Positions 37,925 through 51,788 of a stretch of DNA of 64,000 bases are shown piece after piece. The notes below the pieces were generated by a model that saw only the letters and a list, made by a program, of their open reading frames with translations, was not told the DNA's origin and did no database searches. The stretch lies in assembly GCF_004010195.1 (NCBI RefSeq), contig NC_057753.1, forward strand, positions 9,775,333-9,839,332, given 5' to 3'. The DNA is from Chiloscyllium plagiosum. Lineage: Eukaryota. How positions within the stretch are numbered: position 1 is the first letter of the stretch; each line of letters starts with the position of its first letter. The position numbers were made by a program, and so were the translations under genes.

Positions 37925-38838
37925 GTTGTTACTATGTCATCATGCTCAGTGTCTGACTATAAACAATGTATATAAGCTCTATACAAACTCTGGTAAAGTC
38001 AGCGGATTATTTTGGTGGTCTAGAAATACTCATCCTTCTGGGCTGATCAGAGTCTACCGACCCGGCCATACCAAAGAATAATCAATTGCTTGTGTGATTA
38101 ACAAAGCGTCATTTCCAGGTGCATTTATTGACCAATCCCAGAAACCCGAAGACCCAGANNNNNNNNNNNNNNNNNNNNNNNNNNNNNNNNNNNNNNNNNN
38201 NNNNNNNNNNNNNNNNNNNNNNNNNNNNNNNNNNNNNNNNNNNNNNNNNNNNNNNNNNNNNNNNNNNNNNNNNNNNNNNNNNNNNNNNNNNNNNNNNNNN
38301 NNNNNNNNNNNNNNNNNNNNNNNNNNNNNNNNNNNNNNNNNNNNNNNNNNNNNNNNNNNNNNNNNNNNNNNNNNNNNNNNNNNNNNNNNNNNNNNNNNNN
38401 NNNNNNNNNNNNNNNNNNNNNNNNNNNNNNNNNNNNNNNNNNNNNNNNNNNNNNNNNNNNNNNNNNNNNNNNNNNNNNNNNNNNNNNNNNNNNNNNNNNN
38501 NNNNNNNNNNNNNNNNNNNNNNNNNNNNNNNNNNNNNNNNNNNNNNNNNNNNNNNNNNNNNNNNNNNNNNNNNNNNNNNNNNNNNNNNNNNNNNNNNNNN
38601 NNNNNNNNNNNNNNNNNNNNNNNNNNNNNNNNNNNNNNNNNNNNNNNNNNNNNNNNNNNNNNNNNNNNNNNNNNNNNNNNNNNNNNNNNNNNNNNNNNNN
38701 NNNNNNNNNNNNNNNNNNNNNNNNNNNNNNNNNNNNNNNNNNNNNNNNNNNNNNNNNNNNNNNNNNNNNNNNNNNNNNNNNNNNNNNNNNNNNNNNNNNN
38801 NNNNNNNNNNNNNNNNNNNNNNNNNNNNNNNNNNNNNN

Positions 38839-39730
38839 CCATAAGACATAGGAGCGGAAGTAAGGCCATTCGGCCCATCGAGTCCACTCCGCCATTTAAT
38901 CATCGCTGATGGACATTTCAACTCCACTTACCCGCATTCTCCCTGTAGCCCTTAATTCCTTGTGACATCAAGAATTTATCAATCTCGGCCCTGAAGACAT
39001 TTAGCGTCCTGGCCTCCACTGCACTCTGTGGCAATGAATTCCTCAGGCCCACCACTCTCTGGCTGAAGAAATGAAGAACCCAGCACCAGAGATTCAATTT
39101 CCGCCTCAGGCGACTGACTGTGTGGAGTTTGCATGTTCTCCCCATGTCTGCGTGGGTTTCCTCCAGGTGCTCCGGTTTCATCCCACAGTCCAAAAATGTG
39201 CAGGTTAGATGAATTGGCCATGCTAAATTGCCCGTAGTGTTAGGTAAGGGCTAAATGTAGGGGAATGGGTCTGGGTGGGTTGCGCTTTGGTGGGTGGGTG
39301 TGGGCTTGTTGGGCCGAAGGGACTGTTTCCACATTGTAAGTAATCTAATCTATTTCTGTTCTGAATTTACCCCCTCTAATTCTAAGGCTGTGCCCACGGG
39401 TCCTAGTCTCCTCACCTAACGGAAACAATTTCTTAGCGTCCACCCTTTCCAAGCCATGTATTATCTTGTAAGTTTATATTAGATCTCCCCTTAACCTTCT
39501 AAACTCCAATGAATACAATCCCAGGATCCTCAGCCGTTCCTCATATGTTAGACCTGCCATTCCAGGGATCATCCGTGTGAATCTCGGCTGGACACGCTCC
39601 AGTGCCATTTTGTCCTTCCTGAGGTGTGGGGACCAAAACTGGACACAGTACTCCAAATGGGGCCTAACCAGAGCTTTATAAAGGCTCAGTAGCACATCGC
39701 TTCTTTTATATTCCAACCCTCTTGAGATAA
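38839..39730 (-). mobile_element. CR1-like LINE 3' end interrupted by a SINE
   Basis: ORF 39474-39716 LYKALVRPHLEYCVQFWSP...LERVQPRFTRMIPG. Confidence 0.9.
39078..39352 (+). mobile_element. V-SINE (HE1-like)
   Basis: V-domain core TGTGTGGAGTTTGCATGTTCTCCCCATGTCTGCGTGGGTTTCCTCCAGGTGCTCCGGTTTC; short TAATC-repeat tail. Confidence 0.85.
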
Positions 39731-41617
39731 ATAAACTTCAGAGAATCCCCATAGTGTGGAAAGCAGGCCACTCGGTCCGACGAGTCCACACCGACCCTCC
39801 CAAGGGTAACGCACCCACATCCATTCCCCTAACCCCACTGCTCTACATTTAACCCTGAGTAATGCACCTTAGTTGCATATTGCTGGACATTATGCATGAT
39901 TTAGCATAGCCAACTCACCCTAACCTGCACTCCCTGGGCACAATGGGTAATTTAGCATGGCCAATCCACTTTAATCTGGACAAAGTTTAAATCTGAACTC
40001 CAGGCTGTAATCCAACAGGCTTCTTTGGAAGCAGTAACGTTTGGAGTGGTTGTGGAGAATAAGATCATAAAACATGGAATTTATAGCAAAACATTAAGGC
40101 ATCCTGCCACTGAAATGGTATATTGAACAAACCTGGATTGTTAAGTCTTTCACCTTTTAGAATGGGTTACAGGTATCATTACAATGTAAACCCCAGAACT
40201 TCTTGTATGTCACCTTCTCGAGATAACAAGGTTTTATAGCAAAAGGTGACATCTCAGCTCAGACAATGCATTAAAGGTGTGAGGTCAGAGTCTGTCTGAA
40301 TCCCAATCTTGAGTCAGACTGGTTCTAATTCCAAAGTGGAATTTACAAACTATTACATGTATTGGACTGTCTGCAGATTGTGCATTTTTTAAACAAAATA
40401 GAATGTATCTGCAACTATACCTCCCCACACACGCACAGGTTTGTTTGGGTGAATTTGTACTTTCAGAATTACACCTTTACTCAAAACTGCATGAATCCAT
40501 GTAAGATTCTGTAAATCAGTTTAACCATTGTGGCACAGACAGTCTCACACAGGGGAGCTCACACCTTCAATACATTATCGGGGCTGACACGACACCAATT
40601 GCTAAAGTTCACATGAGAATTTAACTTTTAAAAAACATTGTGATTTACATATGAAAGAACTGAAACCAACATGGTCATCCTAACAGATGAGAGACGTAAC
40701 AAATCCTGGTCTTATTCAATATATAATTTCAGTTACATCACACTGTAAACTGTTGCTATAAACTCTGTGTCTTACAATCTTATACTCCATAAACATCTGA
40801 TGAAAGAGCTGCACTCCGAAAGCTAGTGCTTCCAATTAAACCTGTTGGACTATAACATGGTGTTTGTGATTTTTAACTCTGCAAATATAATTCTGCAAAT
40901 GCACATTTACTCCCATGGACTTATGTGTGCACGTATGTGCATGAGAGAGAGAAAAGTCTACATCAGTGTTGTATGCCTTTATGTCTATTTGATAAGAGAT
41001 GCTTTATTTCTATTGGTGTAAATATTGTAGTAAATCTTAGCTGGGTACTAATAGTCAGATGTAAGAGAGAGAGAATTCTTCAAGGAGAGCATGATAAGAA
41101 TCCTGGGAGACCCCTATTTCTTGTTTACTTCCTAATGAACAAACATTACGCTCGATTGTCTATTTATTTCTNNNNNNNNNNNNNNNNNNNNNNNNNNNNN
41201 NNNNNNNNNNNNNNNNNNNNNNNNNNNNNNNNNNNNNNNNNNNNNNNNNNNNNNNNNNNNNNNNNNNNNNNNNNNNNNNNNNNNNNNNNNNNNNNNNNNN
41301 NNNNNNNNNNNNNNNNNNNNNNNNNNNNNNNNNNNNNNNNNNNNNNNNNNNNNNNNNNNNNNNNNNNNNNNNNNNNNNNNNNNNNNNNNNNNNNNNNNNN
41401 NNNNNNNNNNNNNNNNNNNNNNNNNNNNNNNNNNNNNNNNNNNNNNNNNNNNNAAAAAACATTGTGATTTACATATGAAAGAACTGAAACCAACATGGTC
41501 ATTCTAACAGATGAGAGACTTAACAAATCCAGGTCTTATTCAATATATAATTTCAGTTACATCACACTGTAAACTGTTGCTATAAACTCTGTGTCTTACA
41601 ATCTTATACTCCATAAA

Positions 41618-41652
41618 CACCTGATGAAGGAGCTGCACTCCGAAAGCTAGTG
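41618..41652 (+). ncRNA. Minimal hammerhead ribozyme motif (Penelope family 1)
   Basis: CAC-CTGATGA-A-GGAG(CTGCA)CTCC-GAAA-GC-TA-GTG: core, stem II and stem I (CAC/GTG) intact. Confidence 0.7.
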
Positions 41653-41896
41653 CTTCCAATTAAACCTGTTGGACTATAACATGGTGTGTGTGATTTTTAA
41701 CTCTGCAAATATAATTCTGAAAATGCACATTTACTCCCATGGACTTATGTGTGCACGTATGTGCATGAGAGACAGAAAAGTCTACATCAGTGTTGTATGC
41801 CTTTATGTCTATTTGATAACAGTTGCTTTATTTCTATTGATGTAAATATTGTAGTAAATCTTAGCTGGGTACTAATAGTTAGATGTAAGAGAGAGA

Positions 41897-44800
41897 GAAT
41901 TCTTCAAGTAGGGCATGATAAGAATCCTGGGAGACCCCTATTTCTTGTTTACTTCCTAATGAACAAACATTACGGTCGATCGTCTATTTATTTCTAATTT
42001 TGTTGCATTTTCATTGTTTTATTCCTTGCGATGATGTGAGAGAATTGTTAGATTTGGGTCAGCCATTTTGTCACATATTAAAGCCTGGAAACCATTTGGA
42101 ATCTCATCTTAGTGCCTGCTTGCTAAAGCTTATGTTTTCCAGGCTCAGGAGAGACGGTTGGCCTTGCAGCTGTACTGCTTCCTGATAAACAAATTCTTTC
42201 TTTGCATGGGATTTTATTTCCATCCCCCACAGTTGGTGAGTCAGGCAGGAGATACCCTGGTCCTGCCAGGTCACCGGCTGATATCCTTTGAGAGATGAAA
42301 TATAGAGGGTGGTTGCTGCTTTGTTGTGTCCAAATAAAAAGGAAAGATGGCCAGGGACAAAAATGGTGATACAATTCTCGCTACTCAGCCACAAAATACT
42401 AGTGAGAGTGTCCTGATGTAATGCTGCTGAGAGCAGCTTATGCTTTAAAAAATTAGTAATAAAGAATTTGCTTGCCCCAGGGTTATGGCTGGTGAAACCC
42501 TCTTTGATAAGACCTGGACCCACACTGAAGTCTGTGGCAGGCTTCAAAATGCCGCCGATCCATTCAAGTGCCCAACATTAGTTTTAATTGGCCAGTAAAA
42601 TTCTGCAATAAGTATAATTGCTTGCTTCAGGACATCCAGACTTGAATACGTTTGGCATACAGGATGCAGTGGGCAACTATTAAAGACTCTGTTCTATTTC
42701 CCCTGGGTTGTGGACTAATGCAGAGACACTAACAACTTGCCTTGAAAACAGTTTTGATTTGCAAATGGAACAGCTGACAGGTATTTAGAGTTTGCACACT
42801 TGGTTAGGCAGCTATGTGTCACAGCCAGGATTTATGAGGCTCAACTCCCGAACTTGGACTGTTCTGGAATGAGTGTCTCATTACCCTTGGAAGGAAAAGG
42901 AATAAACAAAAACTGACAAACTGAGATTCGAAGAAAGTTGGAAAATATTGCAGAGAGAGATGTGTAGGCAGAGAGAGAGAAACAGGCAGGCAGAGAGAGA
43001 GAGACGCGCAGGCAGGAAGAGAGAGACAGAGAGACAGAGAGATGCAGACAAGCACAAAAATAGAGAGGCGCATCGACAGGCATAGAGAGAGACAGACAGG
43101 GAGAGACTGACTCAGTGCCGACACCGAGGAGAAAGCGAGGACTGCAGGTGCTGGAGACCAGAGTTGAAAAATCCAGCACCACATTTTTCAACTCCGTACC
43201 AACACCCTCCAGGTTGCATAAAGGTTAACACTTTGTAATCTGGTTTGAATGCACATTTGCCTGGGTATGGTGCTGAAATCACAGGGGACGCCCCTGAAGA
43301 AGAGCACAAACTATGGCCTCAAATAGGGTACTCCCTCCACACCCAAACCAAAATGTGGGTGACCCCTGATGGACTGGTTTGTGTTCCTTCTTTACTGCTG
43401 CCTATTTCATTTGATTATGTGCAATATTGTACACACTTGGGCAGGGAGGGAATGGGTAATACTCTGTTCCAAACTTGGTGGCACCCAGATTTTCAGAAAG
43501 CAGCGAGGAAAAGAGCTGAAGAGTGTTTAATTTGTAAATAAACAATATGCATGCTGTAAGAGGGCTGCCTTGAATTTGTTAACCACTTCCTTGCCTAGTG
43601 GGCCTTTTTACCTGTCTACAACTTGCTCTTATAGAATTACGTTGCGTATGTTGTTATGAATATTGTCTAATAAGAGTAGATGTATTTAGTAGATGAATCA
43701 AACCATTCCAATGATTGAAACAGCTGCCACTATAGTGTTGGACAAATGCGAAATATTTGCATTAGTTAACCAAAACTCTTCAAAGTTTGCATTCACAGGT
43801 ATGCCAAGCCAAAGAATTAGTACTGGGCATATTGGAGCCGAGATGGAAGGGCCCATTCCTAGTCCTGTTGGTCACCCATTCAGCAGTCAAGGTCAAGGGG
43901 AGGCCGCATGGACACACACAACAAAATGCAAAAGAGCACCATCTCCTGGAGGAACACCAGAAGACCCCGTCAGAGACAGATCTTCAGCCTTCATTCGTGA
44001 ATGGCTCGGCCTGATCATTCTGCCTTTCACTACACTCTTTCTTACCTTTCTTTCATGAACTACGTTTGATTGGACCTGATAACCTCTAGTAAACGGGAAT
44101 TACAGTTTAATACTTTTCTTTCTACACAGAAGGTCAACCACTCTAGGTGGGTATGTGCCCATATCCCCATCTATCCCAAACTCGTACCAAGTGAGCCCTT
44201 ATAGAATCTGACAGACTTGCAGCTTTCTTTCCCCCTGCCTTTGGAACTGTTCGACTGAAAATCAAAGTCACCTCGCAGACAATCCTGTGGACGGCTCAGT
44301 TCACTGTTGTGGCCCTCCTCTCCAGCAATATCTCAGATGCCGAGATTTCCCCTTCCTGATGATGATTCCCAACCCCTGGAGCCTTCTGCCCCTGTCCTTA
44401 CTGAACCCGAGGACTAACAGTTCGCTCTCCAAACACTACCTCCCGACAATCCCCCTGGCTCTGGGTATAATCCCCCTTTTGCTGACACCCCCAATCTCTT
44501 CTTTTTAAATTAAAAAAAGAGGGATTGTGGGAGAATTTGACCAAAATTGACACAAAACTGCGTGGAAGTCATTTTGTCACAAAGCAATGTTTGCAGTAAA
44601 ATGTAGCCTGCTAACAGAATGCTGTCTGAGCCCTGGCTAAGGAATTCTGTTTTGATAGCCTGACCTTGCAGCTGCAGACTGTCTCTGCTCCTCAGACCAT
44701 TAGACTGTGCTGCTTCATAGAATGATGTATTGTTTCTCTCTGTTCCTTATCGGTAATTCGAGCCGAGCTAAACCTGCAGCATAAGATAACATTCAGTTTT

Positions 44801-45405
44801 GCAGACATTAAGAAATGTGAACATTACAACTGCCCCTCCGTTGCATAATTAATGGACAGTAGACTTGTGTTTTACCATAAAACTTGTAACATTCTGTATT
44901 TCATTGTTCAACACAAAGTGCAACGTATTCCAAATAGGTCTTCCCAATGGCAATGAATAAAGCTAGTTAATTGCTCAAGGTCTCCTCTCCTGACTACTTT
45001 GCTTTAAATGATTTGGCACACGAATTACTTTGCCCCAACAGTACTAACAGTTACATCTAAGGGAGACAGAATTCCTCATGCAGTAGACATCAGAATCCTG
45101 GGAGACCCCTATTTCTGGTTTACTTACTAACGAACAAACATTAAGCATTTATTTTATTCTAATTTTGTTTCATTTTTCTTCTTTGATTCCTTGCTATGGC
45201 TACACTATGTGTCTGGATGGTTGACAGGCTGGGTGATTGTGGGTAGGCTTTCGATTGACTGAACGTTTTATTGTTCTGGAAGCTGGAAAGAGGCGTAAAA
45301 GCTTCAGCAGAAATCCAGCAGAGCTGAGAACAGACCGACATCATACTCTGTGGGAACAGGGAGATCAGAGGACAGAGAAATCCGGACCTGAAATCCGAGC
45401 TGACA
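41897..45405 (+). mobile_element. ERV-B deleted provirus, copy C
   Basis: gag-like KTWTHTEV..LQNAADPFKCP; IN zinc domain CTHLGREGM...WWHP...CLICK (43245-43541); EPRWKGPFLVLLVT; LTR-like end ...GAGCTGACA. Confidence 0.75.
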
Positions 45406-46389
45406 CCAGACTACCCTGTGATCAGTGCTTTGATTAGCAGTGCCAACCCTCTGCCTTTACCTATTTGACTACTCCCTTGATATTCAGGATCCTAACCTTG
45501 TCATCCTGAAGCCATGTCTCTGTAAGGAGTCTCAGATCATAATTATTCTCTTCAATGTGTGCAGTCAATTCATTCGCTTTTGTTACAATGCAGCACACAT
45601 TCAGACACGCTGTTTTTAGTTTCAATTTTTGTGATCCTTAGAATCCAGTTTTGATTGCTGGTACATTTACTCTCCTTGTCCCTTTCTATTGTCCTCTGAT
45701 GTTAATTTCCCACATGACTACATTGCTCACCGGCCTTGATTTGGATTGGCCATGCTAAATTGCCCACAGTGCCCAGGGATATGCAGGTTAAGTGGGTTAG
45801 CCATGGGAAATGCAGGGTTATAGTTACATAGTAATAGAAGCAGAAGTAGGCCATTTGACCCGTCCAGTTTGCTCCACCATTCGTTATTATCATGGCTGAT
45901 CGATTCATTGTCTCAGCTCCTCCTCCCTGCATGTCACAAGTAATCCCTTAATTCCCCGACCATGCAAAAACCCATCCAACTATGTCTTGATTATACTTAA
46001 TGAAGCTGCCTCTACTGCTTTCTTCGGCAAAGAATTCCATAGATTCACTACTCAACGGGAAAAGGAGCTCCTCTTCATCTTCATACCGAACACCGCCTTC
46101 ACTAACCTGTCCACCTGAGACTTCACTTTCAAGGAATTATGAACCTGCACTCCAAGGTCTCTTTGTTCTGCAACACTCCCCTTAACTGTGTCAGCCCTGC
46201 CTGGATTGCTTGACCAAAATGCAAAACCTCACATTTCTCTAAATTAAACTCCGTCTGCAGTCCTCAGCCCATCAGGTAAATTCGAATTTATAGCGAACTG
46301 TTTTCTTCTCTTATTCCCTTGAAGCTGAGAATCTCCATCCCACACACTATCCCTCCATTCTCACTTTGCTGAACCTAATCCCTGCTGTA

Positions 46390-49318
46390 GCAGGGAGGGA
46401 ATGGGTAATACTCTGTTACAAACTTGGTGGCACCCAGATTTTCAGAAAGCAGCGAGGAAAAGAGCTGAAGAGTGTTTAATTTGTAAATAAACAACATGCA
46501 TGCTGTAAGAGGGCTGCCCTGCATTTGCTAACCACTTCCTTGCCTAGTGGGCCTTTTTACCTGTCTACAACTTGCTCTTATAGAATTACGTTGCGTATGT
46601 TGTTATGAATATTGTCTAATAAGAGTAGATGTATTTAGTAGATGAATCAAACCATCCCAATGATTGAAACAGCTGCCACTATAGTGTTGGACAAATGCGA
46701 AATATTTGCATCAGTTCACCAAAACTCTTCAAAGTTTGCATTCACAGGTACGCCAAGCCAAAGAATTAGTACTGGGCATATTGGAGTCGAGATGGAAGGG
46801 CCCATTCCTAGTCCTGTTGGTCACCCATTCAGCAGTCAAGGTCAAGGGGAGGCCGCATGGACACACACAACACAATGCAAACGAGCACCATCTCCTGGAG
46901 GAACACAGAAGACCCCGCCAGAGACACATCTTCAGCCTTCATCCGTGAATGGCTCAGCCTGATCGTTCTGCCTTTCACTGCACTCTTTCTTATCTTTCTT
47001 TCACTAACTATGTTTGATTGGGCCTGATAACCTCAAGTAAACGGGAATTACAGTTTAATATTTTTCTTTCTACACAGAAGGTCAACCACTCTAGCTGGGT
47101 ATGTGCACATATCCCCATCCATCCCAAACTCGCACCAAGCGAGCCCTTATAGAATTTGACCGACTTGAAGCTTTCTTTCCCCCTGCCTTTGGAACTGCTC
47201 AACTGGAAATCAAAGTCACCTCGCAGACAATCCTGTGCTAGGCTCAGTTTACTGTTGTGGCCCTCCTCTCCAGCGATCTCTCAGATGCCGAGATTTCCCC
47301 CTTCCCGATAATGATTCCCAATCCCTGGAGCTGTCTGTCCCTGTCCTTACTGAACCCGAGGACTTTCTGTCTGATCTCCAACCACCACCCCTTGACAAAC
47401 CCCCTTTTGCTGACACCCACAATCTCTTCTTTTTAATAAAAAGGAAGGGACTGTGGGAGAATTTGACCAAAATTGCCACAAAACTGCATCAAAGTCATTT
47501 TGTCACAAAGCAATGTTTGCAGTAAAATGTAGCCTGCTAACAGAATGCTGTCTGAGCCCTGGCTAAGGAATTCTGTTTGATAGCCTGCAGCTGCAAGGTC
47601 AGGCTGTCTCTGCTCCTCGGGCCATTAGACTGTGCTGCTTCATAGAATGATGGATTGTTTCTCTCTGTCCCTTATCGGTAATTCGAGCCGAGCTAAACCT
47701 GCAGTAGAAGATAACATTCAGTTTGGCAGACATTAAGAAATGTGAACCTTACAACTGCCCCTCCGTTGCATAATTAATGGACAGTAGGCTTGTGTTTTAC
47801 CATAAAACTTGTAACATTCTGTATTTCATTGTTCAACACAAAGTGCAACGTATTCCAAATAGGTCTTCCCCATGGCAACGAATAAAGCTAGTTAATTGCT
47901 CAAGGTCTCCTCTCCTGACTACTTTGCTTTAAATGATTTGGCACACAAGTTACTTTGCCCCAACAGTACTAACAGTTACATCTAAGGGAGACAGAATTCC
48001 TCATGTAGGGGACATCAGAATCCTGGGAGACCCCTATTTCTGATTTACTTACTAATGAACAAACATTAAGTATTTATTTTATTCTAATTTTATTTCATTT
48101 TTCTTCTTTGATTCCCTGCTATGGCTACACTATGTGTCTGGATGGTTGAAAGACTGGGAGATTGTGGGTAGGCTTTCGATTGACTGAACGTTTTATTGTT
48201 CTGGAAGCTGTAAAGAAGCGTAAAAGCTTCAGCAGAAATCCAGTAGAGCTGAGAACAGACCGATATCATACTCCTTGGGAACAGGGAGATCAGCAGAGGA
48301 CAGAGAAATCAGGACCTGAAATCCAAGCTGACACCAGACTACCCTGTGATCTGTGCTTTGATTAGCAGTGCCAACCCTCTGCCTTTACCTATTTGACTAC
48401 CCCCTTGATATTCCGGATCCAATCCTTGTCATCCTGAAGCCATGTCTCTGTAAGGAGTCTCAGACCATAATTATTCTCTTCAATGTGTGCAGTCAATTCA
48501 TTCGCTTTTGTTACAATGCAGCACACATTCAGACACACCGTTTTTAGTTTCAATTTTTGTGACCTTTAAAATCCAGTTTTGATTGCTGGTACATTTACTC
48601 CCCTTGTCCCTTTCTATTGTCCTCTGATGTTAATTTCCCACACGACTACATTGCTCACCGGCCTTAATTTGGATTGGCCATGCTAAATTGCCCATAGTGT
48701 CCAGGGATGTGCAGGTTAGGTGGGTTAGCCATGGGAAATGCAGGGTTATAGTTTCATAGTAATAGAAGCAGGAGTAGGCTATTTGACCCGTCCAGTTTGC
48801 TCCACCATTCGTTATTATCGTGGCTGATCGATCCATTGTCTCAGCTTCTCCTCCCTGCATGTCACAAGTAATCCCTTAATTCCCCGACCATGCAAAAACC
48901 CATCCAACTGTGTCTTGACTATACTTAATAAAGCTACCTCTACTGCTTTCTTCGGCAAAGAATTCCATAGATTCACTACTTAACGGGAAAAGGAGCTCCT
49001 CTTCATCTTCATACCGAACGCCGCCTTCACTAACCTGTCCACCTGAGACTCCACTTTCAAGGAATTATGAACCTGCACTCCAAGGTCTCTTTGTTCTGCA
49101 ACACTCCCCTTAACTGTGTCAGTTCTGCCTGGATTGCTTGACCAAAATGCAAAACCTCACATTTCTCTAAATTAAACTCCATCTGCCAGTCCTCAGCCCA
49201 TCAGGTAAATTCTAATTTATAGCGAACTGTTTTCCTCTCTTATTCCCTTGAAGCTGAGAATCTCCAACCCACACACTATCCCTCCATTCTCACTTTGCTG
49301 AACCTAATCCCTGCTGTA
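46390..49318 (+). repeat. Tandem duplicate of 43441-46389 (ERV-B 3' half plus flanking CR1/SINE fragments)
   Basis: Both begin GCAGGGAGGGAATGGGTAATAC and end ...CCTAATCCCTGCTGTA; scattered differences between copies. Confidence 0.9.
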
Positions 49319-51201
49319 CCACATCCTGAAGGGTCTGGTTCATGCTGATTAACAGACCCACACTCAGGGGGAATCTAACTGAAACATACAGAATACTGAA
49401 TGACCTGGAGAGAGTAGACATTAGGAAGATGTTTCCATTGGGAGGAGAGACTAGGACCCGAGGGCCCAGCCTTAAAGTGAAGGGAAAACCTTTGAGAACA
49501 GAGATAAGGAGAAACCTGTTCAGGCAGAGTGTGGTGAATCTATGAAACTCACTGCCACAGAAGGCTGTGTAGGCCAGGTCACTGAGGATATTTAGGACTG
49601 AGCTAGATAGGTTTGAGTTTAAAGGGGGAATCAAGAGTTACGGAAAGAAAGCAGGAGAATGGAGTTGAGAAACCAAGCAGCCATGATTAAATGGTGGAGC
49701 ACACCTGATATGCTGAATGGCCTCATTTCTGCTCCTACGTCTGATGATCTCTTGCTGTCCTGGACACAGAGTGAGAGGATTGGGAGCAGGAGTAGGCCAT
49801 TTGGTCTTCCAAGCTTGCACTTGCATTGAACACATATTAATCTACCAATATCTCGGTGGATAGGCTGGGACTTTTTTCACTGGAGCACAGGAGGTTGAGA
49901 AGTGACCTTATAGAGGTTTATAAAATCATGAGGGGCATAATGAGGTGACCGCCAGGTATCCTTTCCCTCGGGTGTGGGTTTCAAGATTCGGCAGCAAATT
50001 TGATGGTGAGAGGAGAAAGATTTTAAACAGGCAGGAGGGACACAGAGAGTGGTTTGTGTGTGGCATGAATGTCCAGAGGAAATAGTGGATGTAGGTACAG
50101 TAACAACATTTAAAAGACATTTCGATAAGTACATGAACAGGCACGGTTGAGAGGAACATGGGCCAAGCACTGGCAGGCAGGACTTGTTAGGTTCGTTAGT
50201 ATAGTCANNNNNNNNNNNNNNNNNNNNNNNNNNNNNNNNNNNNNNNNNNNNNNNNNNNNNNNNNNNNNNNNNNNNNNNNNNNNNNNNNNNNNNNNNNNNN
50301 NNNNNNNNNNNNNNNNNNNNNNNNNNNNNNNNNNNNNNNNNNNNNNNNNNNNNNNNNNNNNNNNNNNNNNNNNNNNNNNNNNNNNNNNNNNNNNNNNNNN
50401 NNNNNNNNNNNNNNNNNNNNNNNNNNNNNNNNNNNNNNNNNNNNNNNNNNNNNNNNNNNNNNNNNNNNNNNNNNNNNNNNNNNNNNNNNNNNNNNNNNNN
50501 NNNNNNNNNNNNNNNNNNNNNNNNNNNNNNNNNNNNNNNNNNNNNNNNNNNNNNNNNNNNNNNNNNNNNNNNNNNNNNNNNNNNNNNNNNNNNNNNNNNN
50601 NNNNNNNNNNNNNNNNNNNNNNNNNNNNNNNNNNNNNNNNNNNNNNNNNNNNNNNNNNNNNNNNNNNNNNNNNNNNNNNNNNNNNNNNNNNNNNNNNNNN
50701 NNNNNNNGTCAAATCTTCAGCAGAGCTGAGAACAGACTAACATCGAGATGCCTTTTAACTGTTGTAATTACATCAGTCGCCACCACTTCCTCTGGCAGTT
50801 CGTTCCACACGTAACATCCTCTGTGTGAAAAGGTTTCCCCTCCGGTTCCTTTCAAATCATTCCCCTCTCACCTCAAATGTATGCCCTCCAGTTTTGGACT
50901 CCCCTATCCTGGGGAAAAGACTTTAAGTACTCACCCTATCCATGCCCCTCACAAACGTCTATAAGATCACCCTTCAGCCTCCGATGCTCCAGGGTAAATA
51001 TTCCCAGCCTATTCAGTCTGTTGCTGTAGCTCAAATCTTCCAAATCTGGCAACAATCTTGTAAATCTTTCAAAGTTTCATATGTTTCCTATAGCAGGGAG
51101 ACCAGAACTGAACACAGTATTCCAAAAGTGGCCTAACCACTGCCCTGCACATCCACAACAGAACCTCCCAGCTCCTGTACTCTCTGCTGTGACTAATAAA
51201 G

Positions 51202-51425
51202 TTGAAAAATGTGGTGCTGGAAAAACACAGCAGGCCAGGCAGCATCCGAGGAGCAGGAGAATCGACGTTTCGGGCATAAGCCCTTCTTCACCTCATTCCT
51301 GAAGAAGGGCTTATGCCCGAAACGTCGATTCTCCTGCTCCTTGGATGCTGTCTGGCCTGTGTTTTTCCAGCACCACATTTTTCAACTCTGGTACACCAGC
51401 ATCTGCAGTCTTCACTTTCTCCTAG
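51202..51425. mobile_element. Penelope-type inverted pseudo-LTR insertion (family 2) with hammerhead motif
   Basis: Arms inverted about 51295; flanked by the 14-bp TSD TGTGACTAATAAAG; CTGAAGA-A-GGGC(TTAT)GCCC-GAAA-CG-TC at 51299-51326. Confidence 0.8.
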
Positions 51426-51561
51426 TGTGACTAATAAAGGCCAGCATACCAAATGCCTTCTTCACTATCCTGCCTACCTGAGACTCCACTTTCAAGGAAC
51501 TATGTCTCTTTGCTCTGCAACACTCGTCTTAACTGTCAGTCCTGGCTGGATTCGCTTCATC

Positions 51562-51788
51562 TTATCAACACCTCAAGGCCAGGAACCTGGAACATTTGAG
51601 TTCCTTTCCATATATGGAGTTATTTTTCTCATTCCTTGACTGATATGATAGTTTACTGGTCTTGTACATCTGCTGTTAGGTTGGTTTAACTTTACATTTT
51701 TCTCTGCCTGTCTGCAAAGTCAGGCCCTTACTTCTTTGTTTCCCTGTGCTTTTATAGATTTCACAATAAATGTTAATTTTCCATTACA
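51562..51788 (-). mobile_element. Fragment of an ERV-A-type LTR
   Basis: Reverse complement of LTR positions about 30160-30405, ending ...TTTCCATTACA. Confidence 0.8.

Noticed and set aside
40630..41995. Direct repeat 40630-41171 / 41454-41995
   Set aside because: Flanks a gap; cannot be distinguished from a scaffolding overlap.
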